Source: an uncultured Acidimicrobiaceae bacterium | Lineage (GTDB): Bacteria > Actinomycetota > Acidimicrobiia > Acidimicrobiales > Ilumatobacteraceae | Assembly (NCBI GenBank): GCA_963746265.1 | Contig: CAVVAM010000014.1 | Span: 592,114-656,113 of the forward strand | DNA: 64,000 nt | Direction: 5' to 3' | Part shown: in pieces, positions 39,848 through 49,402 of the stretch | Numbering within the stretch: position 1 is the first letter of the stretch | How the letters are laid out: every line of letters begins with the position of its first letter | Program-made: the position numbers and the translations under genes | The notes under the pieces: model-generated | Told to the model about the DNA's origin: nothing | What the model saw: the letters and a program-made list of their open reading frames with translations, nothing else | The model's database searches: none

Positions 39848-40993
39848 TCAGCTCGCCAGCGCGACGGCGGCTCGGGCGGCGTCGAGCATGGTCGGCTCGG
39901 AGCGCAGCTGGGACTCGGGGATGCCGGCGTCGGCGAGGATCCGGCGACCCTCCTCGGCGTTGGTGCCATCGAGACGGATGACGATCGGCGCGTTCAGTTC
40001 GACCCGTCCGAGCGCCTCGACGATGCCCTTGGCCACCTCCTCACCGCGGGTGATGCCTCCGAAGATGTTGATGAAGATCGACTTGACCGTCTCGTCGAAG
40101 TTGATCACCTCGAGCGCGCCCGCCATGACGTCGGCGTTCGCACCGCCGCCGATGTCGAGGAAGTTCGACGCCGCGCCACCGACCTGGTTGACGACGTCGA
40201 GGGTCGACATGGCCAGACCAGCACCGTTCGCGATGATCCCGACACTGCCGTCCAGGCCGATGTACTGCAGGTCCTTCTCGGCCGCCATCTGCTCTCGTTC
40301 GTCCATCTCGGTGAGACCCTTGAAGTCCTCCCACTCGGGATGACGGAACTCGGCGCTGTCGTCGAGCGTGACCTTGGCGTCGAGTGCGTGCACTTCGCCG
40401 GTGGGCTTCAGGATCAGCGGATTGATCTCGGCGAGGTCGCAGTCACCCTCGTCGTAGCACCGATACAGCTTCACGAGGATGTCGGTCGCTCCGTCGATCG
40501 CCCGCTCCGGCAGGTTGGCGTCGATGCATGCCTGACGGGCGACGTCGGCCGTCAGCCCGTCCAGCGGGTTGATGTGCAGCCGGACGATCGCGTCGGGGTT
40601 CTCCTCGGCGACGGTCTCGATCTCGACGCCGCCCTCCGCCGACAGCATCATCAGGTGCTGCTTGGCGGAGCGGTCGAGCGTGAAGCTGACGTAGTACTCC
40701 TCGTCGATGTCGGAGGCCGCTTCGACCCAGAGCCGCTTGACGACGTGGCCCCTGATGTCCATGCCCAAGATGTTGCCGGCGTGCTGGCGGACCTCGGCTT
40801 CGTTGTCGGCGAGCTTGATGCCGCCCGCCTTGCCGCGACCACCCACCTGAACCTGTGCCTTCACCACCACCGGGTAGCCGGCGTCGTCGGCTGCGGCGAC
40901 GGCCTCGTCGACCGTGTCGGCCGGGCCGCCCGGACTCACCGGAATGTCGTAGCGGGCGAAGTACTGCTTGCCCTGGTATTCGAACAGATCCAC
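39848..40993 (-). CDS. sucC: Succinyl-CoA ligase beta subunit
   Basis: MDLFEYQGK, KAQVQVGGRGKAGG, NGAGLAMSTLD and NFLDIGGG. Confidence 0.97.
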   Translation of the reverse strand: MDLFEYQGKQYFARYDIPVSPGGPADTVDEAVAAADDAGYPVVVKAQVQVGGRGKAGGIKLADNEAEVRQHAGNILGMDIRGHVVKRLWVEAASDIDEEYYVSFTLDRSAKQHLMMLSAEGGVEIETVAEENPDAIVRLHINPLDGLTADVARQACIDANLPERAIDGATDILVKLYRCYDEGDCDLAEINPLILKPTGEVHALDAKVTLDDSAEFRHPEWEDFKGLTEMDEREQMAAEKDLQYIGLDGSVGIIANGAGLAMSTLDVVNQVGGAASNFLDIGGGANADVMAGALEVINFDETVKSIFINIFGGITRGEEVAKGIVEALGRVELNAPIVIRLDGTNAEEGRRILADAGIPESQLRSEPTMLDAARAAVALAS

Positions 40994-41027
40994 TGGAGAT
41001 GCCTTCCTGGGAGGTGGTGGGGTCGGT

Positions 41028-41432
41028 CTAGTCGGTTCGCTCGTCGAGTGCAGACTCGAGCCAGCTGCTGATCGCCTTCAGTGACGCGCCGGGCTGGAAG
41101 ATCTCGGCGATGCCCTGCTCCTTGAGGACCCGGACGTCGGCGTCGGGGATCACCCCACCACCGAACACGAGCACGTCGTCGAGATCACGCCGGTCGAGCT
41201 CTTCGACGACCCGCGGGAACAGGGTGAGGTGCGCACCCGACAGCAGCGACAGCCCGATCGCGTCGGCGTCCTCCTGCAGCACGGTCTCGGCGATCTGCTC
41301 CGGGGTCTGGTGCAACCCGGTGTAGATGACCTCGAAACCGTGGTCCCTGAGTGCACGGGTGATCGTCTTCGCGCCGCGGTCGTGCCCGTCCAGGCCCGGC
41401 TTGGCGACGACGACTCGATACTGGCGCTTCAC
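41028..41432 (-). CDS. Stand-alone cobalamin-binding subunit of an acyl-CoA mutase (IcmB / MCM C-terminal-like)
   Basis: KPGLDGHDRGAK (DxHxxG), GLSLLSGAH and FGGGVIP; 134 aa. Confidence 0.92.
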   Translation of the reverse strand: MKRQYRVVVAKPGLDGHDRGAKTITRALRDHGFEVIYTGLHQTPEQIAETVLQEDADAIGLSLLSGAHLTLFPRVVEELDRRDLDDVLVFGGGVIPDADVRVLKEQGIAEIFQPGASLKAISSWLESALDERTD

Positions 41433-41514
41433 GACAGGTCGACACTACGCGGTTGTCCGCGGGGCGAACCAACCGACCGGCCGCTCTCGACCGCACCGGC
41501 GGCAGACTGGCCGG

Positions 41515-42018
41515 GTGCGATGGCCCGAGTTCCGATCCCCGTTCGCCCGAGCCGTGATGCCGGTGTTGGGCGGAGCGCTGGTCTTCGCCGCGATCGGTGG
41601 CTTCACGTGGGCGATCGCGGCGTACATCTCCGATGAAGGCGCCGGCACCTCCGACCGGCTCGCTCCCAGCACCTTCACGATCGGCCAGGTCGAATCACTG
41701 GCCGAGACGGTCGAGGAGGACGGCCCCCTGCTGTTCCCCGAACTCGGCACGGCGATCGGCACACGGTCGATCGTCGTCGACCACGAGGGCGCCGTGGCAG
41801 CGGACGGGTGGAGGGTGTACTGGGCCTACCCGGCCGACCGCGACCCGACCTGCGTCGTCGAGCAGGTCGTGGGCACGTCAGGGTTCGTCGACTGCGATGG
41901 TCGGACGATCGACGTCACCGAGCTCTCCCCACCCGACGAGGGTGTCTTTCCGACCGTGCAGGACCGGACCACTCTGATCATCGACCTGCGCGGCACCACT
42001 TCGCCGACCGAACCCTGA
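41515..42018 (+). CDS. Membrane-anchored hypothetical protein (degenerate Rieske-like)
   Basis: One N-terminal TM and an acidic ectodomain with C-VV-x8-F-x2-C-DG. GTG lies 6 nt after CAGACT. Confidence 0.7.
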   Translation: MRWPEFRSPFARAVMPVLGGALVFAAIGGFTWAIAAYISDEGAGTSDRLAPSTFTIGQVESLAETVEEDGPLLFPELGTAIGTRSIVVDHEGAVAADGWRVYWAYPADRDPTCVVEQVVGTSGFVDCDGRTIDVTELSPPDEGVFPTVQDRTTLIIDLRGTTSPTEP

Positions 42019-42134
42019 CGACCGACGGTCGGGCCCCGAGCGATTCCAGGTCGTCCCGGGTCACGACGACATGGGCCTGGAGCCGGGTGAGCCGCAGCAC
42101 CGCCCCGACGTCGACGATGAATCGAGTCGTGGAT

Positions 42135-42563
42135 TCAGGCTGGTTCGACGACGCCGAGCAGACGCTCCACGAACAGATCGGTGTGTTCGTCGAGGTAGTT
42201 GCGCTTGATCTCGAGACCGCCGACGACGTCGGCACCCGTCTGCCCGACGGCGGTCGAGAGTTTGTCGATGCTCTTGCCGGCGTTCAGTGCGAACGTGAGG
42301 AAGCACGCTGCCTTCTTGCCACGCATCGTCGGCAGGTTGGCGATGTTGCCGAGCGCGAAGGGGGCCTGACCGACCACGAACAGGCCGTGCGTCCAGGTGC
42401 CGACGAGCACGATGTCGGCTCGTTGGATCGAGGCGAGGTCGGGTGCGCCGACCTTCGACATGCCGGTGATCGTCCACCGCTCCTGCCGCAACTTGTCGCC
42501 GATCATCTCAGCGGCGCTCCATGTGTTCCCGGTGAGGCTCTCGACGAGCAGTGCTGCCTTCAT
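42135..42563 (-). CDS. Flavodoxin family protein
   Basis: VESLTGNTWSAAE FMN loop, LVGTWT and ACFLT. Confidence 0.85.
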   Translation of the reverse strand: MKAALLVESLTGNTWSAAEMIGDKLRQERWTITGMSKVGAPDLASIQRADIVLVGTWTHGLFVVGQAPFALGNIANLPTMRGKKAACFLTFALNAGKSIDKLSTAVGQTGADVVGGLEIKRNYLDEHTDLFVERLLGVVEPA

Positions 42564-42640
42564 CACTCCCGATTCAAGCACGTCGGGGCCCGTTCGAGAA
42601 GCACGTGGCCGTCGGAACATATCCTGATATCTTCATAGGT

Positions 42641-42952
42641 ATGCAGATATTGTCCACTCCGCTTCGGGCGGACGAGGGCGCAGCGCTGTTCCGGTTGCTC
42701 GGCGACCCCACCCGCCTCCGCATCCTCGAAGCCCTCGCATCGACCGACGAGCTGTGTGTGCACGAGATCGCCGACCGCGTCGACGCGAACGAGACCAAGG
42801 TCTCCCAGGCGCTCCGCCTGCTGCGTACCGCTCGGGTCGTGAAGAACCGCCGGGACGGTCGCCACATCCACTACCGACTCGACGACGACCACGTGCGCGC
42901 GCTCCTCGAGACGGCGGCCGCACACCTCGCCCACGGAGACGATGCCGAATGA
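42641..42952 (+). CDS. ArsR/SmtB metalloregulator
   Basis: FRLLGDPTRLRIL, ELCVHEIA, VSQALRLLR and YRLDDDHV..L...AAHLAH (alpha5-type site). Confidence 0.92.
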   Translation: MQILSTPLRADEGAALFRLLGDPTRLRILEALASTDELCVHEIADRVDANETKVSQALRLLRTARVVKNRRDGRHIHYRLDDDHVRALLETAAAHLAHGDDAE

Positions 42953-43869
42953 GTCACGACCACAGCCACGGACCGAACGTCGCTCGCGCCGGCGAACGCC
43001 ACCGACGACCGCTGCTCATCGCCTTCGGGCTGATCGGCGGCTACTTCGTCGTCGAGGCCGTCGCCGGGTTCGCCGCAGGCTCGCTGGCGCTGCTGTCGGA
43101 CGCCGGCCACATGCTCACCGACGTGGTCGGACTCGGTATGGCACTCGCTGCGATCCAGCTGGCGAGCCGTTTCGGCCGGGGGGACTCGGGCTCGTCACAC
43201 ACGTTCGGGCTGTATCGACTCGAGATCCTGGCGGCGTTCGTGAACGCCCTCCTGCTGTTCGCCGTTGCGATCTGGGTGGTCATCGAGGCAGCTCGACGAC
43301 TTCGCAGCGAGCCCGACGTGCTCGGCGTGCCGATGCTGATCGTCGCAGTGCTCGGCCTGCTCGTGAACCTGGTGGCGTTCGTGCTCCTTCGCGCCGGCGC
43401 GAAGGAGTCGGTGAACGTCGAGGGGGCGTACCTCGAAGTCCTCGCCGACGCGATCGGGTCGGTCGGCGTGATCGTGGCCGCGATCCTGGTGGAGCTGTTC
43501 GGGTGGACGTGGGCCGACCCGGTCGTGGCGGCGCTGATCGGTGTCTGGATCCTGCCGCGCACGTGGCAGCTGGGCCGACGCGCCGTGCGCATCCTCGTCC
43601 AGGCCGCGCCCGACCGCATCGATCTCGAGCGCCTCGAACGGGATCTGCGCTCGATCGACCACGTCATCGACGTCCACGACATCCACGTCTGGACGCTGAC
43701 GTCCGACATGGAGGCGGCGTCGGCGCACCTCGTCGTGCCCGCTGGTGCCGACCACCACGGCGTTCTCGATCAGGCCCGCGACCTGCTGGCGACCCGGTAC
43801 CAGATCGGTCACGGCACGTTCCAGGTCGAGCCCGACAGCCACGAGGGCTGCCACGAACTCACGTGGTAG
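42949..43869 (+). CDS. Cation diffusion facilitator (CzcD/ZitB type)
   Basis: His-rich N-terminus, SLALLSDAGHMLTD, EVLADAIGS and HDIHVWTLTS; ATGA overlap. Confidence 0.92.
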   Translation: MSHDHSHGPNVARAGERHRRPLLIAFGLIGGYFVVEAVAGFAAGSLALLSDAGHMLTDVVGLGMALAAIQLASRFGRGDSGSSHTFGLYRLEILAAFVNALLLFAVAIWVVIEAARRLRSEPDVLGVPMLIVAVLGLLVNLVAFVLLRAGAKESVNVEGAYLEVLADAIGSVGVIVAAILVELFGWTWADPVVAALIGVWILPRTWQLGRRAVRILVQAAPDRIDLERLERDLRSIDHVIDVHDIHVWTLTSDMEAASAHLVVPAGADHHGVLDQARDLLATRYQIGHGTFQVEPDSHEGCHELTW

Positions 43870-43923
43870 GCGGGTGACCGGCACCACATCGACAGTCACC
43901 GCAGGGTGAACTAGGTTCTTTCC

Positions 43924-45330
43924 ATGGGAAAGATCGTGGTGGCCGGCGGGGGGATCTGTGGAATGGCGGCGGCGATGATGCTCGCCGACGACGGTCACGA
44001 CGTCACGGTCATCGAACGCGACCCGGAGCCGCCACCCCCCGACCCCGAGGGGGCGTTCGGCGACTGGGACCGTCGCAGCGTCGCCCAGTTCGGGCTCGCG
44101 CACTGGCTCCACGCCCGCGGCACATCGATCCTCAGGGCGCAACTGCCAGAGGTGTACCGCCGGCTCGACGAGAACGGCGGCTACCACTTCAACCTGGTCA
44201 AGTACCTGCTGGCGATGATGCCCGACGCCGAGATCACCCCCGACGACGACCGCTTCGATCTCGTCACCGGGCGCCGCAGCACGATCGAGTGGGCGATGGC
44301 GAGTGCTGCACAGGATCATCCCGGGGTGGCGGTGCGGCGAGGCGAGGCGATCAGTGGTCTGCTCGCAGAGACCGCCGGGAGCGCACCGCCACACGTCACC
44401 GGAGTCCACCTGCAGAGCGGCCAAGCGATCACCTCCGATCTGGTGGTCGACGCGACCGGGCGCCGCTCCCCCACCGTCGATTGGCTCGCTGCGATCGGCG
44501 CCACCCCGCCCACCGAACACTCCGAGGACAGCGGGTTCGCGTACTACGGTCGCTACTTCCGAAGCAGCGACGGCTCGATGCCTGCCATCATGGGTCCGCT
44601 CCTCGCGCCCTACGACAGCTTCTCGATCCTCACCCTCCCGGCCGACAACGACACGTGGGCCGTCACGTTGTACGGGCTGTCCGACGACAGGCCACTGCGC
44701 AGCTTCCGTGATCCCGAGGTCTACGACCGGGTGATCCGGGCGTGCCCGGCGCATGCGCACTGGCTCGACGGCGAGCCGATCACCGAGCTGAAGTCGATGG
44801 CCGGCGTCGTCGATCGGCACCGGGAGTTCGTCGTCGACGGTGAGCCGGTCGCCACGGGCATCCTCACCGTGGCCGATGCGGCATCGTGCACGAACCCCTC
44901 GCTCGGCCGGGGCATCTCGCTCGGGCTGATGCACGTCGAGGTCATGCGGGCCTGCGTGGCCGAGCACTTCGACGACCCGAACGCCCTGGCGCTCGCGTTC
45001 CACGAGCGGTCCGAGCGTGAGATCACGCCGTGGCACGATGCCACCGTGGCGATCGATCGGCGGCGCGTGAACGACATGCGCATCTACCGCGACGGCGGCA
45101 CGCCGACCGCCACCGACGACGAGAAGATCGGCGATGTCATGCAGGCAGCCGTGATGCTCGATCCGGTGATCACCCGAGCGTTCGGTGAGATCTTCAGCTG
45201 CATCTCGACCTCCGAGGAGGTCATCGCGAGACCCCGCTTCCTGCAGCGGGTGATCGACTGCGCCGACAGGGTGTCGACCGATCCGCTCCCCGGGCCCGGC
45301 CGTGAGCAGTTGCTGGAGCTCGTGTCATGA
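43924..45330 (+). CDS. FAD-dependent oxidoreductase / monooxygenase
   Basis: VAGGGICG, VIERD, VVDATGRRS and VADAASCTNPSLGRGISLG. Confidence 0.82.
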   Translation: MGKIVVAGGGICGMAAAMMLADDGHDVTVIERDPEPPPPDPEGAFGDWDRRSVAQFGLAHWLHARGTSILRAQLPEVYRRLDENGGYHFNLVKYLLAMMPDAEITPDDDRFDLVTGRRSTIEWAMASAAQDHPGVAVRRGEAISGLLAETAGSAPPHVTGVHLQSGQAITSDLVVDATGRRSPTVDWLAAIGATPPTEHSEDSGFAYYGRYFRSSDGSMPAIMGPLLAPYDSFSILTLPADNDTWAVTLYGLSDDRPLRSFRDPEVYDRVIRACPAHAHWLDGEPITELKSMAGVVDRHREFVVDGEPVATGILTVADAASCTNPSLGRGISLGLMHVEVMRACVAEHFDDPNALALAFHERSEREITPWHDATVAIDRRRVNDMRIYRDGGTPTATDDEKIGDVMQAAVMLDPVITRAFGEIFSCISTSEEVIARPRFLQRVIDCADRVSTDPLPGPGREQLLELVS

Positions 45331-46070
45331 CCGTCGCGCTCGTCCACGGGGTGCCGGAGAGTGCGGCGATCTGGGATGCGATGCTCGCCGAGCTGGGCCG
45401 TGACGACGTCGTCACGCTGTCACCGCCGGGTTTCGGCGCACCGGTTCCCGCCAGCTTCGAACCGACGTCCGACGGGTACCGAGATTGGTTGGTGACCGAG
45501 CTCGAGCAACTCGACGGCCCGGTCGACCTCGTCGGACACGACTGGGGCGCCGGTCACGCGCTCCGAGCCACCACGGCCCGGCCCGATCTGGTTCGCAGAC
45601 TGGTCACCGACATCGCCGGGACGGCAGACATCCGATACGAGTGGCACGACATGGCCCAGGTCTGGCAGACACCGGGCGACGGCGAAGCATTCGTCGAGGC
45701 CGTCGCTGCCATGCCCGTCGACGATCGTGTGCCGATGCTGGTCGACGCCGGCATGACCGAGGCCGGTGCGCGGGCGTGCGCGGAGGCGAACGGCCACACG
45801 ATGGGCGCGTGCATCCTGTCGCTGTACCGGTCGGCCGTGCAGCCGGGCATGGCAATGTGGGGCGACCAGTTCGCAGCACTGCAGGAACGCCCGACCACCC
45901 TGGTGGTGATCGCCCACGAGGACCACTACACCGGTGGACCCGACATGGCCCGCGATGTCGCCCAGAAGTGGGGAGCGAGCGTGGCCGAGTTCGACGGGCT
46001 CGGCCACTGGTGGATGATGCAGGACCCGGCCCGCTCGGCAGCGATGCTGAACGAGTTCCTCAACGACTGA
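45327..46070 (+). CDS. Alpha/beta hydrolase (epoxide hydrolase / dehalogenase-like)
   Basis: LVHGVPE, GHDWGAG nucleophile elbow and GLGHW; ATGA overlap. Confidence 0.88.
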   Translation: MTVALVHGVPESAAIWDAMLAELGRDDVVTLSPPGFGAPVPASFEPTSDGYRDWLVTELEQLDGPVDLVGHDWGAGHALRATTARPDLVRRLVTDIAGTADIRYEWHDMAQVWQTPGDGEAFVEAVAAMPVDDRVPMLVDAGMTEAGARACAEANGHTMGACILSLYRSAVQPGMAMWGDQFAALQERPTTLVVIAHEDHYTGGPDMARDVAQKWGASVAEFDGLGHWWMMQDPARSAAMLNEFLND

Positions 46071-46081
46071 CCCGGAGCCCG

Positions 46082-48505
46082 TTACAGCTTCTTCAACGGT
46101 GCCCACGCGAGGGCCAGGTGCTTCTGGCCGACGCCGGGGAAGTTGATCACGGCCTCGGCCTTCTCGCCCACCCCGGAGATGTCGATGATCACGCCCTCAC
46201 CGAACGCCGGGTGTGCGACGTCGTCGCCGACCTTGAGACCGATCTCCTGCGAGTTCGTTGGTTGCGGAGCGTTCGCGGCGCGAAGTGCGGCTTCCACGAC
46301 GCGCTCGCGGTGGGCATCGCTGGCCTCGCCGCCGGTCGAGCGGTCACCGCCGCGCTCGTCACGACGTCGATACGGCGGCGGGTCGTACGTCCGCTCGTCG
46401 CGGTGCCGGTAGCTCTGGCGGCCGTAGGACGAACGACCGCTCGTATTGCCCTTCGACTCGATCAGCTCGGCGGGGATCTCGTCGAGGAATCGAGAGGGCG
46501 GGTTGTACTGGGTGTTGCCGTAGAGCATGCGGCTCCAGGCGTGCGACACGAACAGCCGGCGCATGGCCCGAGTGATCCCGACGTACGCGAGGCGGCGCTC
46601 CTCTTCCATCTCCGTCGGCTCGGTCAGCGCACGGTTGTGGGGGAAGATCCCCTCCTCGACGCCGGCGAGGAACACGACGGGGAACTCCAGACCCTTGGCC
46701 GAATGCAGCGTCATGAGCACGACCTGGTCGTCGTCGTCGAGATCGTCGGTGTCGGCGACGAGTGCAACCTGCTCGAGGAACTCGTCGAGCACGGTGAACT
46801 CGCGAGCCGAGCCCACCAGCTCACCGAGGTTCTCGATGCGGCCGTGGGCCTCCACCGAGTCCTCGGCCTCGAGCTCACCGAGGTAGCCGGAATCGTCGAT
46901 CGCCGCCTGGAGCAGATCACCCGGACCGACGTCGCCCTGCCCGACCATCGAATTGATGCGGTCGAGCAGCTCGACGAACGATGCGATGCCGCGTCGCGCC
47001 GGACCGCTCACGCCCGCGTCCTCGGCATGGCGGAGCGCCTCGGCGAACGGGACGCCCGTCTCGCGCGCGTAGCCGTCGAGCCGGGCGATGCTCGCATCGC
47101 CGATGCCTCGTTTGGGCACGTTGATGACCCGCTTCACGCTCACCTCGTCGAGCGGGTTGATGACGGCCCGGAGATAGGCCATCGCGTCCTTGATCTCACG
47201 ACGATCGTAGAAACGAGTGCCACCGACCACCTTGTACGGCACGCCCATCCGCATGAATGCCTCTTCGATCACCCGAGCCTGAGCATTGGTGCGGTACAGC
47301 ACGGCCATCTCGCGCCAGTTGATCGCATCGTCGCGGTGGAGCTGCTGGGCCGTTCCGGCCACCCACATCGCCTCGTCACCCTCGTCCTCGGCGTGGTAGC
47401 GGGTGATCCGCTCACCGCCGCCGGTGTCGGTCCAGAGCGACTTGGGCTTGCGCTCGAGGTTGTGCTCGATCACGGCGTTGGCGGCGTCGAGGATCGTCTG
47501 GGTCGAGCGGTAGTTCTGGTCGAGCACGATCGTGGTCACGTCGTCGAACGCATCCTCGAACTGCAGGATGTTCCGGAAGTCGGCGCCGCGGAACTTGTAC
47601 ACGGACTGATCCGTGTCGCCCACCACGCAGACGTTCTGGTGGCCTCCGGCGAGCATCAGGACGATCTCGTTCTGGGCCTGGTTCGTGTCCTGGTACTCGT
47701 CGACGAGGATGTGCTCGAACCGCTCTCGGTAGTGATCGAGCACGTCGGGGTGCTCGCGGAACAGCCGGACCACGTTGAGCAGCAGGTCGTCGAAGTCCAT
47801 CGCACCGGCCTTGCGCAGCCGATCCTGGTACTCGGCGTAGACGTCGGCCTGCTTGCGGGCGAAGATGTTGTCGGCCTCGGCAGCGGCACGCTCGGGGTCG
47901 ATCAGCTCGTTCTTCCACAGGGAGATCTGGGCGTGCACACCCCGCGGCGGGAAACGTTTGCTGTCGAGACCGAGGTCACGGATGACGTAGCCGGTGAGCC
48001 GGGTCGCATCGGCCTGGTCGTAGATCGAGAACGTGCGCGGGTACCCGATCGCCTCACCGTCGCGGCGGAGGATACGAACACATGCCGAGTGGAACGTCGA
48101 GACCCACATCGACCGTACGACCGGCCCGACCAGTGCGCCCACACGCTCGCGCATCTCGGCGGCCGCCTTGTTGGTGAACGTGATCGCCAGGATGCTCGTG
48201 GGCCGTACGCCACGGTCGATGAGATGGGCGATGCGGTGCGTCAGCACCCGCGTCTTGCCCGACCCCGCGCCCGCCACCACGAGCAGGGGGCCCTCGGCGT
48301 GCACGACCGCGTCGAGCTGATCCGGATTGAGGCCCTCGGTGAACGGGTTCGGGCCGAGCTCGCCGACGGTATCGACGTCGACGTCGGCCGGCCGTTCCAG
48401 ATCACTCGTGGTGTCGACGGCGGACTCGGCCGGATGTGGAATCCACTCGTCCGCGAACGGCTGGTCGACCGACTGGTCCGTGAACAGGTCTGGCTGGTCC
48501 GGCAT
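46082..48505 (-). CDS. pcrA: ATP-dependent DNA helicase PcrA/UvrD1
   Basis: AGAGSGKT, TFTNKAA, VDEYQD, VGDTDQSVY, QNYRS, TLHSAKGLEF, EERRLAYVGITRA and C-terminal Tudor-like domain. Confidence 0.97.
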   Translation of the reverse strand: MPDQPDLFTDQSVDQPFADEWIPHPAESAVDTTSDLERPADVDVDTVGELGPNPFTEGLNPDQLDAVVHAEGPLLVVAGAGSGKTRVLTHRIAHLIDRGVRPTSILAITFTNKAAAEMRERVGALVGPVVRSMWVSTFHSACVRILRRDGEAIGYPRTFSIYDQADATRLTGYVIRDLGLDSKRFPPRGVHAQISLWKNELIDPERAAAEADNIFARKQADVYAEYQDRLRKAGAMDFDDLLLNVVRLFREHPDVLDHYRERFEHILVDEYQDTNQAQNEIVLMLAGGHQNVCVVGDTDQSVYKFRGADFRNILQFEDAFDDVTTIVLDQNYRSTQTILDAANAVIEHNLERKPKSLWTDTGGGERITRYHAEDEGDEAMWVAGTAQQLHRDDAINWREMAVLYRTNAQARVIEEAFMRMGVPYKVVGGTRFYDRREIKDAMAYLRAVINPLDEVSVKRVINVPKRGIGDASIARLDGYARETGVPFAEALRHAEDAGVSGPARRGIASFVELLDRINSMVGQGDVGPGDLLQAAIDDSGYLGELEAEDSVEAHGRIENLGELVGSAREFTVLDEFLEQVALVADTDDLDDDDQVVLMTLHSAKGLEFPVVFLAGVEEGIFPHNRALTEPTEMEEERRLAYVGITRAMRRLFVSHAWSRMLYGNTQYNPPSRFLDEIPAELIESKGNTSGRSSYGRQSYRHRDERTYDPPPYRRRDERGGDRSTGGEASDAHRERVVEAALRAANAPQPTNSQEIGLKVGDDVAHPAFGEGVIIDISGVGEKAEAVINFPGVGQKHLALAWAPLKKL

Positions 48506-48655
48506 CGTCCGACCATCCTACGGACGGGGTGCCGCGCCGGACGGGAGGACCGCTGGGCCCCACATGTGTCCAACCGAGAAACGTCCCGGGAACGAACACC
48601 CAACAGTGCTCTGCATCCACTGCTCGACGACGACCGCCCGCGTAGGTTGCCGAGC

Positions 48656-49402
48656 ATGTCGATCGACGAACATCCTCCGGCGGAGAGCGCCAGCACGGTG
48701 TCCGAACCCGTGGCCCGGCTGAAGCATCCGCGGGCGATCCGGTGGCTGCACTGGATCAACCTCCCGCTGCTCGCGGTCATGATCTGGAGCGGGCTTCGGA
48801 TCTACTGGGCCGAAGACGTCTATGCGTTCGGCATCGGCAGCTGGCAATGGTTCGTCTTCTTCCCCGAGATCGTCTACGAGCAGCTCGATCTCGACCGTCA
48901 CCTCGCACGAGGGATGGCGTTCCACTTCTCGTTCGGCTGGCTGTTCGTGATCAACGGCGTCGCCTACACCGCCTACCTCCTGTCGAGCGGCGAGTGGCGC
49001 CACATCGTGCCCGATCGGAAGTCGGTCCCCGAGGCGAAGGACGTCGTGCTCCATGATCTCCACCTCAGGTCCGAGGCGCCGGCGCAGGGTCGGTACAACG
49101 CGGCACAGCGGATCTCCTACACGATCGTGCTCGCGATGGCGGCGATCGTCGTGGTCAGCGGATTCGCGATCTACAAGCCGACCCAGCTCCATCCGCTCCC
49201 GTGGTTGTTCGGCGGGTACCAGGGCGCCCGGCTCATCCACTTCTCGATGACGATCGGCATCCTGCTGTTCTTCGTCGTCCACATCGTCCAGGTCGCGCGC
49301 GCCGGGTGGGGCAACTTCCGCGGCATGGTCACCGGCTACGAGATCGAGCACCCCGATGCGTCACGGGTCGACATCGCGACACACGAGGAGGTGTCGCCGT
49401 GA
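48656..49402 (+). CDS. Cytochrome b/b6-domain membrane protein
   Basis: IRWLHWIN, MAFHFSFGW, YNAAQRISY and ARLIHF..FFVVHI heme His pairs; ATG lies 7 nt after TAGGTT. Confidence 0.88.
   Translation: MSIDEHPPAESASTVSEPVARLKHPRAIRWLHWINLPLLAVMIWSGLRIYWAEDVYAFGIGSWQWFVFFPEIVYEQLDLDRHLARGMAFHFSFGWLFVINGVAYTAYLLSSGEWRHIVPDRKSVPEAKDVVLHDLHLRSEAPAQGRYNAAQRISYTIVLAMAAIVVVSGFAIYKPTQLHPLPWLFGGYQGARLIHFSMTIGILLFFVVHIVQVARAGWGNFRGMVTGYEIEHPDASRVDIATHEEVSP

Noticed and set aside
42618-42650. SmtB-type 12-2-12 operator before the ArsR gene
   Set aside because: The patch is AT-rich and plausible in position, but the inverted repeat is too imperfect to call.
45485-48655. 1305-aa ORF 45485-49402 as one giant protein
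   Set aside because: Only the last 248 aa (from ATG 48656) look like a real cytochrome b. The rest is antisense to pcrA.
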